Below, piece after piece: positions 26,744 to 35,236 of a stretch of 35,820 nucleotides of DNA; within the stretch, counting starts at the first letter, position 1; each line of letters begins with the position of its first letter. The DNA is from a virus. Its lineage: Duplodnaviria; Caudoviricetes. The position numbers were made by a program, and so were the translations under genes. The notes under the pieces are model-generated. The model did not search any database, was not told the origin of the DNA, and worked only from the letters and a program-made list of their open reading frames with translations. The stretch lies in the IMG/VR virus record IMGVR_UViG_3300009164_000179, positions 1-35,820 of that record; one strand, written 5' to 3'.

Positions 26744-29211
26744 TATGCAACTCCTCTATTTTGTTGTGCTGCAACTAGGGCATCTGTAGCGCCAGCTGTA
26801 TCTTGGCTAGCTGCTGTTGCGGTCTTAGCTGCTCTCAATAACCGTTTCTGTTCACTGTCTACAGGCGAATCTTGTGGAGAATTAGCGTCTCGAAGAGCAT
26901 CCCCTACTTTAGCTGCTACTGATTCTTGTCTATCTTGTTTCAATACATCTCCATCGTAATCCTGCTCTTGTGACGGTTGTCTAAAGCATTTTAATTTTTG
27001 TTTGAATACACCGTCATTAAATGTATTTTCACACATTGTTACACGATATATACCACCAAACGGACTTTCTGATTGGCGAGCTGATATATCGTACAGACCT
27101 GTATTTTCGTTAACGTCTACAGGAGTTTTAAATGTGATGTAAATGTAAACATCGTTTCCTTCATAATTCATTGTTTCGTCTTCAGTGATTAACGATACCC
27201 CTTTACCGTCTGTATCTGCAGGTTTAGCAAAATAATTAGATATCCCACTATCAACCATCCAATACGGATCTCCTAATATCTCAAGGTCAACACAAATCAT
27301 ATCTGCACTTGATCCTGTAATGAACGCCTTATGGAAAGTTTTTGCCACTTCACGCTCTGGCGAAGTTGTTTGATCTCCACCTTTAGATGCTGCTAATGAT
27401 TCAGCACTTCGGTGTGGTCTTGACCTACCTGTGTTTGCTGTCTGTGCTTCTTTAGTTGCATCACCTTTGCCGGTTTTTACTGCTTTCTGAGGATTATTGC
27501 CGCCTGGTCCTTGATTGTCGGGAGCTGCAACCATTCCTGATTTAGCTGCTGCCGATGCCTCCGATCCGGTAAAGAAAAGATTATTAATATTGATATCAAA
27601 TTTTATTATGTCAACGTTTCTACCAGTATAGATATACTCATAGGCTTTGACAATTTTCTTTTTCAGTTCATTGTATCCTACTGATACTGAATTCGGTGGT
27701 TGGAAAATACTTTCGTGTACCATAAAAGGAACCACTCGATAAATTATCTTCATAGGGTAGTCGCCAATTAAGTCATCAAACTTATCTGCTTGTAGTTGAA
27801 TCTGTACATCTAATCTAAACCACTTGATAAATCCATTTAATTTATTTGCTGGGTCTATTGCTCTCTTAGCATAATCAGAACTTAAGATAACTTGATTGAT
27901 AATTGCAGTTAGAGATTGACCTTGTGCAAACTGGAATGCTCTAGTCTTCGGATCGACCACCATACTATCACGAACAATCTTACCAGTTTTTTCATCACGG
28001 ACTTCATTTTTAGCAAATTTAAAATTGCCGCCTTGTGTGTTAAGATAGGTAATCGGAGATTTACCAACTTCGTTTTTAGTGATCTCGGGAGGAGTTGGGG
28101 CAACAGCACCACCACCTTGCACTAATACTTTAGGCGGTGGAGCATAAGGATTTATTGTTGCTGTTTTTGGTGTAGTATCTTTAGGCTGTTCTGTATTAAA
28201 ATCGCTGGCATTCTCTGGAAACTGAATTTCATAAATGTCAGGATATGTGACTTTACCTTGTTGTTTTAGTTTCTCTTCATTTTTGTTTAGATAAGCACAT
28301 AGGCTGTTTTCACCAGTGACTAATAAATCACCGACAGACCCGGCTGGAAATTTTGCATCAACTGGTACTGTTTTTGATGCTTCAATCTTAACATCGTTAT
28401 AGGCTACATTCACAGCATCACTAAACCCGTGATGGTTATAAGGAATCCCTTCTACCTTATACATACTTCCGGATTCTGTTACAGAAAATTTGCAACTGAC
28501 TAATTTCATTGTAAAGAATTTAGGTTTTACAGATTTATATTGTATACCGTTCTCGTCGTAGCCCATAAAATCTAATCTCAGAACATATGGAGCATTTTGT
28601 AGATAGTTTGTATATCCCGCTTTTTTAGCAGAGACTTGCAAACTTTGCAATAATAATCCCATACTATAAGGTTCATATACATCAAAGCTAAATTTGATAG
28701 CGTTTGAGTTTCCTGTTTTATCATTAGCAGATATAACACAGTTCATCTGAAAATTGTTTATAAAATATTCAGGAATTTGACCGCCTGCTGTAGGACCTTC
28801 GATAGTTACCCTCTGTTTATCAAAGCGGCCGCCTGATGCAAGCACCACGTGTTTTAACTTTGACGGACTATCTCTATAAGATCTAGGATCATTAAATTGT
28901 TTTGGTTCTAAACAGGCCAGTGTCCATAACGGAGTATATGATGCAAACTGTTCTAATGGATTAAATTTTCTGCTGGGTAGGTCCAGCCCTTTTCCCATTT
29001 GATTTGTTCCGGGTTTTACGTATTGAAAACTCTGACCGTTTACCACTTTAGCCATTGCTGTCGCAGCTTGAGTTCCGGTTGACCTAACCGCAGATCCTAC
29101 TGCCGATACTGCTGCACTAGTGATATCAGTTCGGATTGTTGTACCGTCTGGTTTTCTTAAGTCCGATAGAAATTGGCCAACTTGTGTGCCTATGTCTCTA
29201 AAAGCAGCCAT
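26743..29211 (-). CDS. Putative baseplate hub protein (gp27-like position, 822 aa)
   Basis: Between gp53-like and gp5-like genes; C-terminal LEILGDPYW...GIYRVTMCENTF..GVFKQKL resembles hub C-termini; TAATG-coupled to gp5. Confidence 0.6.
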   Translation of the reverse strand: MAAFRDIGTQVGQFLSDLRKPDGTTIRTDITSAAVSAVGSAVRSTGTQAATAMAKVVNGQSFQYVKPGTNQMGKGLDLPSRKFNPLEQFASYTPLWTLACLEPKQFNDPRSYRDSPSKLKHVVLASGGRFDKQRVTIEGPTAGGQIPEYFINNFQMNCVISANDKTGNSNAIKFSFDVYEPYSMGLLLQSLQVSAKKAGYTNYLQNAPYVLRLDFMGYDENGIQYKSVKPKFFTMKLVSCKFSVTESGSMYKVEGIPYNHHGFSDAVNVAYNDVKIEASKTVPVDAKFPAGSVGDLLVTGENSLCAYLNKNEEKLKQQGKVTYPDIYEIQFPENASDFNTEQPKDTTPKTATINPYAPPPKVLVQGGGAVAPTPPEITKNEVGKSPITYLNTQGGNFKFAKNEVRDEKTGKIVRDSMVVDPKTRAFQFAQGQSLTAIINQVILSSDYAKRAIDPANKLNGFIKWFRLDVQIQLQADKFDDLIGDYPMKIIYRVVPFMVHESIFQPPNSVSVGYNELKKKIVKAYEYIYTGRNVDIIKFDININNLFFTGSEASAAAKSGMVAAPDNQGPGGNNPQKAVKTGKGDATKEAQTANTGRSRPHRSAESLAASKGGDQTTSPEREVAKTFHKAFITGSSADMICVDLEILGDPYWMVDSGISNYFAKPADTDGKGVSLITEDETMNYEGNDVYIYITFKTPVDVNENTGLYDISARQSESPFGGIYRVTMCENTFNDGVFKQKLKCFRQPSQEQDYDGDVLKQDRQESVAAKVGDALRDANSPQDSPVDSEQKRLLRAAKTATAASQDTAGATDALVAAQQNRGVA

Positions 29212-29212
29212 C

Positions 29213-29515
29213 TTATATTCCCAAGAATTGTTCTAGATTTGATTTTTTAGGAATATAAATTGTAACCCCAGGCTCAAAATCATAGATAGGATCACGAAGT
29301 ACATTCATATTCCTTTGCACAAATACCCACCATAGTTTAGGAGTTCCGTACAAATCAAACGACAATAAGTCTGGACGATGGCGGTAATGATTTTCGATGA
29401 CATATTTAAAATCATCGTCTTCTGCAGGCACTGGACGAATTTCTAACAACTCAAGATATAAATTATTTTCTGGGGTTGCAGACCAAGGAGTAAATTTTGA
29501 ATAACGTGATGACAT
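29213..29515 (-). CDS. gp53: Baseplate wedge protein, gp53-like (LysM-fold, 100 aa)
   Basis: RPDLLSFDLYGTPKLWWVF..RN...DP..F.PG..IYIP motif. Confidence 0.8.
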   Translation of the reverse strand: MSSRYSKFTPWSATPENNLYLELLEIRPVPAEDDDFKYVIENHYRHRPDLLSFDLYGTPKLWWVFVQRNMNVLRDPIYDFEPGVTIYIPKKSNLEQFLGI

Positions 29516-29516
29516 A

Positions 29517-30617
29517 TTAGATGTATCCTACTCCGCCGCCGGCTTTCTTAGCAGCAACTCCACCACGTGAGTAATCTTCTAAGCTGAACTGGCGCAATCT
29601 TCTTCTGTTGTATACCGGTACCACTGTTACAGTGATAGTGCTTATTATTGGAACCCAGGTGTTTGTGCCGAATGTGTTACATTGAATATAGTTAACATCA
29701 TCTTTTAAGTCAACACTGAAACTAGTAACTACTACTGGCACATTGTCAAACACGCTGCTACCGTATCCAGATAGATTACAGATAATTGGAGGATTACCAG
29801 CGTTAGGGCCGGTACCAAAAAACATCTTGGTCGCTGTTTTAAAGAATGTAGTTGCTGCGATCCAGTATGCCGCATCTACTTCTGTTTCACTGGTAAACTC
29901 GCCTGTGATTGTTATTGCTTCAACCGAACTACTCTTGTAAGATTGAAAATTATAATTGCTGTGTACTAATGCTTGATTGTTATATTCTGCTTTAGTTGAG
30001 ACTGTGATGTTTGGATTGTATGGCCAGACCACTCCGCCTGTATCTTGTAGACGGGTAAATAATGGGCTTTTAAAAAGATCCCAAGGGGCAGTAATTCTAA
30101 CTCGCCAGTCGTCTTTAAACCCTGGTCTCAATTTGATTGCAGTTCCTTGTGAAAATAAAGTTTCGCCACCGCCGGGTAAATTTGATCCTCTACGTAGACT
30201 AAGAATGTTGTTTAACATTCCAGCTGCTGAGGAAATTTGACCGGCTAGGCTTTGTAAGCCGCCAGCTAGATTACCGCCTGTTAGTTTGTTTAATGTTCCA
30301 GAAATATCAGCAGCAATGTTACTAGTACTACCGACAGCAGATTGCAAACTGCCTACTGCCCCCGATACTGAGCTTGATGCTTTATTAGCAAAGTCTCCTA
30401 GTGCAGAAGAACCAAATGCTGTTTTAAGATTGCCGCTAAGACCGTTAAGCCCACTACCAAGCTCGCCGCTCAATTGACTTATCTTAGCATCTAGCTGTGC
30501 TTTGTTAATAGAGTTTGTTGCATCTGTTATCGCAGAACTGGCAGCGTTAGAAGCGGTCTGGATCGACGCACTTACTTGGTTAACCAGTTGTGACAAAGGA
30601 TTAATAGATAACGGCAT
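29517..30617 (-). CDS. Putative tail-tube initiator / baseplate cap protein (gp48/gp54-like position, 366 aa)
   Basis: C-terminal tube-like domain (WPYNPNITV..HSNY..ITITGEF..PPIICNLSGYG..FDNVPVVVTSFSVDL) immediately before the LysM/gp53 gene; N-terminal ~150 aa is S/A/G/L low complexity. Confidence 0.55.
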   Translation of the reverse strand: MPLSINPLSQLVNQVSASIQTASNAASSAITDATNSINKAQLDAKISQLSGELGSGLNGLSGNLKTAFGSSALGDFANKASSSVSGAVGSLQSAVGSTSNIAADISGTLNKLTGGNLAGGLQSLAGQISSAAGMLNNILSLRRGSNLPGGGETLFSQGTAIKLRPGFKDDWRVRITAPWDLFKSPLFTRLQDTGGVVWPYNPNITVSTKAEYNNQALVHSNYNFQSYKSSSVEAITITGEFTSETEVDAAYWIAATTFFKTATKMFFGTGPNAGNPPIICNLSGYGSSVFDNVPVVVTSFSVDLKDDVNYIQCNTFGTNTWVPIISTITVTVVPVYNRRRLRQFSLEDYSRGGVAAKKAGGGVGYI

Positions 30618-30644
30618 TTTGAGTGAATTTCCTTGTTATAACTC

Positions 30645-30652
30645 TATTTATT
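30645..30652 (-). promoter_or_regulatory. Putative late promoter (AATAAATA) heading the structural operon
   Basis: 7/8 match to TATAAATA, 27 nt upstream of ATG 30617, followed by a CAAGGA SD-like sequence. Confidence 0.6.
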
Positions 30653-30664
30653 CTAAACAAAATG

Positions 30665-30676
30665 TGCTATTATAAT
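30665..30676 (+). promoter_or_regulatory. Putative sigma70-type extended -10 promoter for gp55
   Basis: TGcTATTAT overlapping a perfect TATAAT (30671-30676); AGGAG SD at 30684-30688; no good -35. Confidence 0.5.
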
Positions 30677-30699
30677 AAGTAACAGGAGACCCCTATTTA

Positions 30700-31566
30700 A
30701 TGACTATCATACCGAAAATAAAGTACCTAACAAACAAAGATTTATTAAAAGAAATTCACCGAAGTAAAAATACCTATTGTGCTTTTCTAGCACCCGAGCA
30801 CTGCGATTACGATCTAATTATTCCTAGTCTAGATAAAATTAATGTACGAACCATTGCCGAAGCCAAACGTAATCGTGCTATTAAGATGGGCAAGGCTGCA
30901 CACGAAGCTGCGGTCATAGCAGGCGGTAAAAAATTACCTGCTAAAGACTTTGAAGTAGATTATAAAAAAGTCGCAAAGACTGATGTGGTATTTAGGGTGA
31001 TGACTTTTGAACACATACCGCTTGCTCCTGGGCGCAAAAAGACATTAAAGAATACTGCCGATAGTCACGACAAAGTAAACTTTCCTCCATTTCAACATTG
31101 GAAGTTTGACGACAACAATAATCTTATGCTAGTAGGTAAGAGTCATTGGAAGGGCGGGTTATCTAACGGAGTGTTCAGTAAAGACCACGGTCAGATGACT
31201 GACAACCTAGCCCGTATGTTTATTAAACTCTGTGAACGATATGCTACTCGTGGTAATGTTCGTGGCTACACTTACAATGACGAAATGCGTGGACAGGCTA
31301 TTCTACAACTAACTCAAATAGGGCTCCAATTCGATGAAAGTAAATCTGATAATCCTTTTGCTTACTATACTGCTGCTGTTACCAATAGTTTCGTACGTAT
31401 CATCAACATTGAAAAACGTAACCAAAATATTAGAGACGACATCCTCGAGATGAATGGTATGACTCCAAGTTGGACTCGACAGAATAGTGGCGGTGGTGCG
31501 GCTGTTGCAGCACCTGCGGCGCCAGTTGGCAATATTGACGGTGGCGGTGGTGGGGATTTCGATTGA
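30700..31566 (+). CDS. gp55: Late-transcription sigma factor, gp55-like (288 aa)
   Basis: YLTNKDLL N-terminus and NVRGYTYNDEM...QFDESKSDNPFAYYT...NSFVRIINIEKR matching the gp55 core; upstream of gp47/gp46 as in T4-like phages. Confidence 0.85.
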   Translation: MTIIPKIKYLTNKDLLKEIHRSKNTYCAFLAPEHCDYDLIIPSLDKINVRTIAEAKRNRAIKMGKAAHEAAVIAGGKKLPAKDFEVDYKKVAKTDVVFRVMTFEHIPLAPGRKKTLKNTADSHDKVNFPPFQHWKFDDNNNLMLVGKSHWKGGLSNGVFSKDHGQMTDNLARMFIKLCERYATRGNVRGYTYNDEMRGQAILQLTQIGLQFDESKSDNPFAYYTAAVTNSFVRIINIEKRNQNIRDDILEMNGMTPSWTRQNSGGGAAVAAPAAPVGNIDGGGGGDFD

Positions 31567-31591
31567 TCTATTGTTGTAGATGTGTTACAAT
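31563..31591 (+). promoter_or_regulatory. sigma70-type promoter for gp47-gp46
   Basis: TTGATC (31563-31568), 17-bp spacer, TACAAT (31586-31591) with extended TG; AAGGAG SD before ATG 31607. Confidence 0.65.
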
Positions 31592-31606
31592 AATAAAGGA
31601 GATCAT

Positions 31607-32617
31607 ATGGAACTATTCAAAAAAGTAGCGTGTTTTACCGATATACATTTCGGGTTAAAATCTGGTAGCCGAACCCATAATCAAGATTGTGAAGATTTTG
31701 TAAATTGGTTCTGTGATACTGCCAAAGCAGAAGGTTGCGAAACTGCTATCTTTCTAGGTGATTGGCATCATAATCGTAGTACCACTGATGTGAGTACTAT
31801 GAACTATACTGTGAGTAATTTAGAACGGTTGAGCCAATCGTTTGAAAAAGTCTATTTCATTCTAGGCAATCACGATCTATTCTACAAAGATAAGCGTGAA
31901 ATTAACTCTGTTGAGTTTATGCGCCTGTTTCCAAACGTTATTCCAATCAAAGAAACACTGACTGAAGGTGGCGTGACCATTATGCCCTGGTTAGTTGGTG
32001 ACGAATGGAAAACTGTACCTAAACTAAAAAGTCGCTATGTATTTGGACACTTTGAACTGCCGCTGTTCTATATGAATGCTATGGTACAGATGCCAGACCA
32101 CGGACAATTAAAAGGTGACGATTTCGTTAATCAAGAATATGTGTTCAGTGGGCACTTTCATAAACGTCAGAGTAAAGGCAATATTACCTATATCGGTAAT
32201 GCTTTCCCACACAACTATGCAGATGCCGGTGATGACGATCGCGGTATGATGATGTTAGAGTGGGGTGGGAAGCCAGAATATCGCAATTGGCCCGGTCAGC
32301 CTATCTATCGTACCTATAAACTAAGTCAGATTATTAATACTCCAGAAAAGCTGCTGAGTGAAAAGATGCACTGCCGAGTGACTATTGACTTACCTATTAC
32401 TTTCGAAGAAGCAAACTATATCAAAGAAAAGTTTATGCCAGAATTTCAACTGCGTGAACTGATGCTTATTCCAGAGAAGGTGGCAGTTGAGAGTAGTCAG
32501 GCACCCGTTGACATTAATTTTGAAAGCGTTGACACTATTGTGATGAATCAAATTAATGCTATCGACAGCGATTCTTACGATAAGAATCTTCTGTTAGGAA
32601 TTTACAGAGAACTATGA
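31607..32617 (+). CDS. gp47: Recombination nuclease subunit, gp47 (Mre11/SbcD-like)
   Basis: Phosphoesterase motifs DIHFG, GDWHH, GNHD, GHFE, SGHFH; start set at MELFKK by the SD. Confidence 0.93.
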   Translation: MELFKKVACFTDIHFGLKSGSRTHNQDCEDFVNWFCDTAKAEGCETAIFLGDWHHNRSTTDVSTMNYTVSNLERLSQSFEKVYFILGNHDLFYKDKREINSVEFMRLFPNVIPIKETLTEGGVTIMPWLVGDEWKTVPKLKSRYVFGHFELPLFYMNAMVQMPDHGQLKGDDFVNQEYVFSGHFHKRQSKGNITYIGNAFPHNYADAGDDDRGMMMLEWGGKPEYRNWPGQPIYRTYKLSQIINTPEKLLSEKMHCRVTIDLPITFEEANYIKEKFMPEFQLRELMLIPEKVAVESSQAPVDINFESVDTIVMNQINAIDSDSYDKNLLLGIYREL

Positions 32618-34392
32618 TAAAAATTAAGAACCTTACAGTACGTAATTTTATGAGCGTGGGCGCACAGACCCAGGCTATAGATTTTGACAAGGGGCAATTA
32701 ACTCTTGTGCTAGGTGAAAACCTAGATCTAGGAGGAGACGACAGCGGCGCTCGTAATGGTACAGGTAAAACTACCATCATTAACGGGTTAAGCTATGCTA
32801 TCTACGGTCAAGCATTGACTAATATTAAACGTGATAATTTGATTAACAAGATCAACGGCAAGGGAATGCTGGTAACTGTTACGTTTGAAAAAGATGGTAC
32901 AGAATATCATATCGAACGTGGCCGCAAACCAAATCTATTAAAGTTTAGCATCAACGGTCAAGAGCAGGCATTAGAAGATCTAGACGAGTCGCAGGGCGAC
33001 AGCCGCGAAACGCAGAAAGCAATTGAAGAAATGTTTGGTATGAAGCACGAGATGTTTAAACATCTAGTAGCATTGAATACCTATACAGAACCGTTCTTGG
33101 CAACTAAGGCTGCTGAACAGCGTATGATCATCGAACAGTTGTTGGGTATTACTCTACTGAGTGAAAAAGCAGAAGCTCTCAAAGAACAGATCAAGATTAC
33201 TAAAGATGCAATTACTACAGAGAATACTCGTATTGAAACGATCAAAGTTTCAAACGAACGCATACAACAGAGTATTGACTCTCTAGAACGCAAACAGAGA
33301 TTGTGGGAAGAAACAAAAGAAAGTAGTTTAGATAATCTACGTAAAAGTATTGAAACACTAGGTCACATTGATATTGATGTAGAGATTCTAGCACATAGAT
33401 CACTAACTGAATACAATACTAAAAGTAAAGACATCACAGATCTAACTAAAGCCATTGCTCGTGCTGAACTAGATATGGATCGTGATACTAAACAGAGCGA
33501 TAAACTGAAAAAAGAAATCGCAGATCTTGAAGATCACAAGTGCTACGCCTGTGGACAGGATCTTCACGACTCTAAACACGAAGAAGTATTGGCAGGTAAA
33601 AAGAAAGCTCTACAAGAAGTAGCACTGCAATATCTCTCAGATAATACTCAGTGGATGGAACTTACAGATGCGCTGAAGGAAGTAGGAGAATTAGGTGTAA
33701 TGCCTACTGTGTTCTATGACACATTAGAGCAGGCGCTTAATCATAAAAGCACAATTGACAGTCTAGATCGTGACTTAACTGTTAAGATTGCAGAAACTAA
33801 TCCTTATGATGATCAGATTACTGAACTGAAAACTACTGCGGTACAGGAAATTGACTGGGATCAGGTTAACGAACTAGTACGTGTCAAAGATCATCAAGAG
33901 TTCTTGTATAAATTGCTAACAAACAAAGACAGTTTTGTGCGTAAACGCATCATTGATCAGAACTTGGCGTTCTTGAATCAACGATTGACTTACTATCTTG
34001 ACAAGATCGGATTGCCGCATATTGTTGAATTTCAAAATGACCTAACTGTGATAATCACACAGCTAGGACAAGACCTAGACTTTGATAATTTGTCACGTGG
34101 TGAACGTAACCGTTTGATACTCAGTATGTCCTGGGCATTCCGAGATGTATGGGAGAACCTATATCACAGTATCAACCTATTGTTTATCGACGAACTTGTA
34201 GACAGTGGTATGGATTCAAGCGGTGTCGAAAGCTCAATTGCAGTACTTAAGAAGATGACTCGTGAGCGTGATAAGAATGTATTCTTGATTTCACATCGTG
34301 ATGATCTAACCAGTCGTGTAAATCACGTACTTAAGGTTATTAAAGAAAACGGATTTACTAGTTATAGCAATGACGTGGAGATTGTTGGGTGA
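32614..34392 (+). CDS. gp46: Recombination ATPase subunit, gp46 (Rad50/SbcC-like)
   Basis: Walker A GARNGTGKTT, coiled coil with CYAC zinc hook, signature LSRGE, Walker B LFIDE, D-loop SGMD, ISH switch. Confidence 0.95.
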   Translation: MIKIKNLTVRNFMSVGAQTQAIDFDKGQLTLVLGENLDLGGDDSGARNGTGKTTIINGLSYAIYGQALTNIKRDNLINKINGKGMLVTVTFEKDGTEYHIERGRKPNLLKFSINGQEQALEDLDESQGDSRETQKAIEEMFGMKHEMFKHLVALNTYTEPFLATKAAEQRMIIEQLLGITLLSEKAEALKEQIKITKDAITTENTRIETIKVSNERIQQSIDSLERKQRLWEETKESSLDNLRKSIETLGHIDIDVEILAHRSLTEYNTKSKDITDLTKAIARAELDMDRDTKQSDKLKKEIADLEDHKCYACGQDLHDSKHEEVLAGKKKALQEVALQYLSDNTQWMELTDALKEVGELGVMPTVFYDTLEQALNHKSTIDSLDRDLTVKIAETNPYDDQITELKTTAVQEIDWDQVNELVRVKDHQEFLYKLLTNKDSFVRKRIIDQNLAFLNQRLTYYLDKIGLPHIVEFQNDLTVIITQLGQDLDFDNLSRGERNRLILSMSWAFRDVWENLYHSINLLFIDELVDSGMDSSGVESSIAVLKKMTRERDKNVFLISHRDDLTSRVNHVLKVIKENGFTSYSNDVEIVG

Positions 34393-35009
34393 ATATAGAC
34401 AGTGGTAACATAGCATTAACCAATATGAATATCTTTAGGGCATCTGTGCCTAAGGATCTATTGATTATGATGTTAGCTGATGTTGAACAGATAGAGCAAG
34501 ACATTGCTTCTGCTGAAGAAACTGCTTCGGGATTAACTTCTAAAGGTGTACCTAAGCACTACAGGTTCACTAAACCTACAGAAGATCTACTAAAACAGTA
34601 TATTCTAGAATGTACACAGTTGTATAGAAATAGCTGCCACTATCTAATGACATTTGATGCTCCTAACATCACTCCAGAATACTACTGTGAACGCCCTTGG
34701 ATCAATTTTCAAAAGGCTGGAGAGTTTATTCCCAATCATATGCACGGCGGAGTACTGAGTTACACTATTTGGCTTAGGATACCTGAAGTAATAGACTACA
34801 CCAAAGACCAATTTAGTGGTCAATTAGAGTTTACCTATACAGATATACTAGGCCGCACACAAGGTGCAACTATGAATGTTGATAAAAATAGCGTAGGAAA
34901 GACAATGGTGTTTCCTAGTCTGCTGAGACACTGTGTTTATCCTTTCAGCGATTCCATAGAAACTCGCATATCTGTGTCAGGCAATGTATTTCTTGGAAGA
35001 GAACCTTGA
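34389..35009 (+). CDS. Putative 2OG-Fe(II) oxygenase (HxH type)
   Basis: WINFQKAGEFIPNHMH..LSYTIWL...G.LEF...VFPSLLRHCVYPF...RISVSGN: double-stranded beta-helix with distal His and RxS motif. Confidence 0.82.
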   Translation: MNIDSGNIALTNMNIFRASVPKDLLIMMLADVEQIEQDIASAEETASGLTSKGVPKHYRFTKPTEDLLKQYILECTQLYRNSCHYLMTFDAPNITPEYYCERPWINFQKAGEFIPNHMHGGVLSYTIWLRIPEVIDYTKDQFSGQLEFTYTDILGRTQGATMNVDKNSVGKTMVFPSLLRHCVYPFSDSIETRISVSGNVFLGREP

Positions 35010-35236
35010 GTACAGACAGTCACGACAAAATGATTGCTGCTTTTCAGGAATATTTTAAGTGGCAGGACAGATTTGAATACAGAGGCTCAGACGAAGCAGG
35101 CATTAAGGCACGATATTGGCTATCAGAAATACGTAACGAGGCATCAACTAGGCGAACAGAAATACAGGCAAAACGAGAAGCACGTAAAGCAACCAGAAAA
35201 GGCAAGCCTGGAAGGCCCCCTAAGGTAACTAAATGA
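35006..35236 (+). CDS. Small basic DNA-binding protein, Hc1 (histone H1-like) resemblance
   Basis: FEYRGSDEAGIKARYWLSEIRNEASTRRTEIQ resembles the KGNKAAG.RAR..L..L....R.EIQ Hc1-family pattern; basic tail KGKPGRPPK. Confidence 0.55.
   Translation: MSTDSHDKMIAAFQEYFKWQDRFEYRGSDEAGIKARYWLSEIRNEASTRRTEIQAKREARKATRKGKPGRPPKVTK

Noticed and set aside
758-30477. Numerous short antisense or out-of-frame ORFs within structural genes
   Set aside because: Fully nested in well-supported genes, no recognisable motifs; expected from codon bias.
31580-31606. Upstream ATG for gp47
   Set aside because: Lies inside the promoter; the AAGGAG SD supports ATG 31607.
7594-34392. Introns, inteins, frameshifts or stop-codon recoding
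   Set aside because: All genes are intact in code 11; no intein splice motifs or embedded endonuclease domains noticed.
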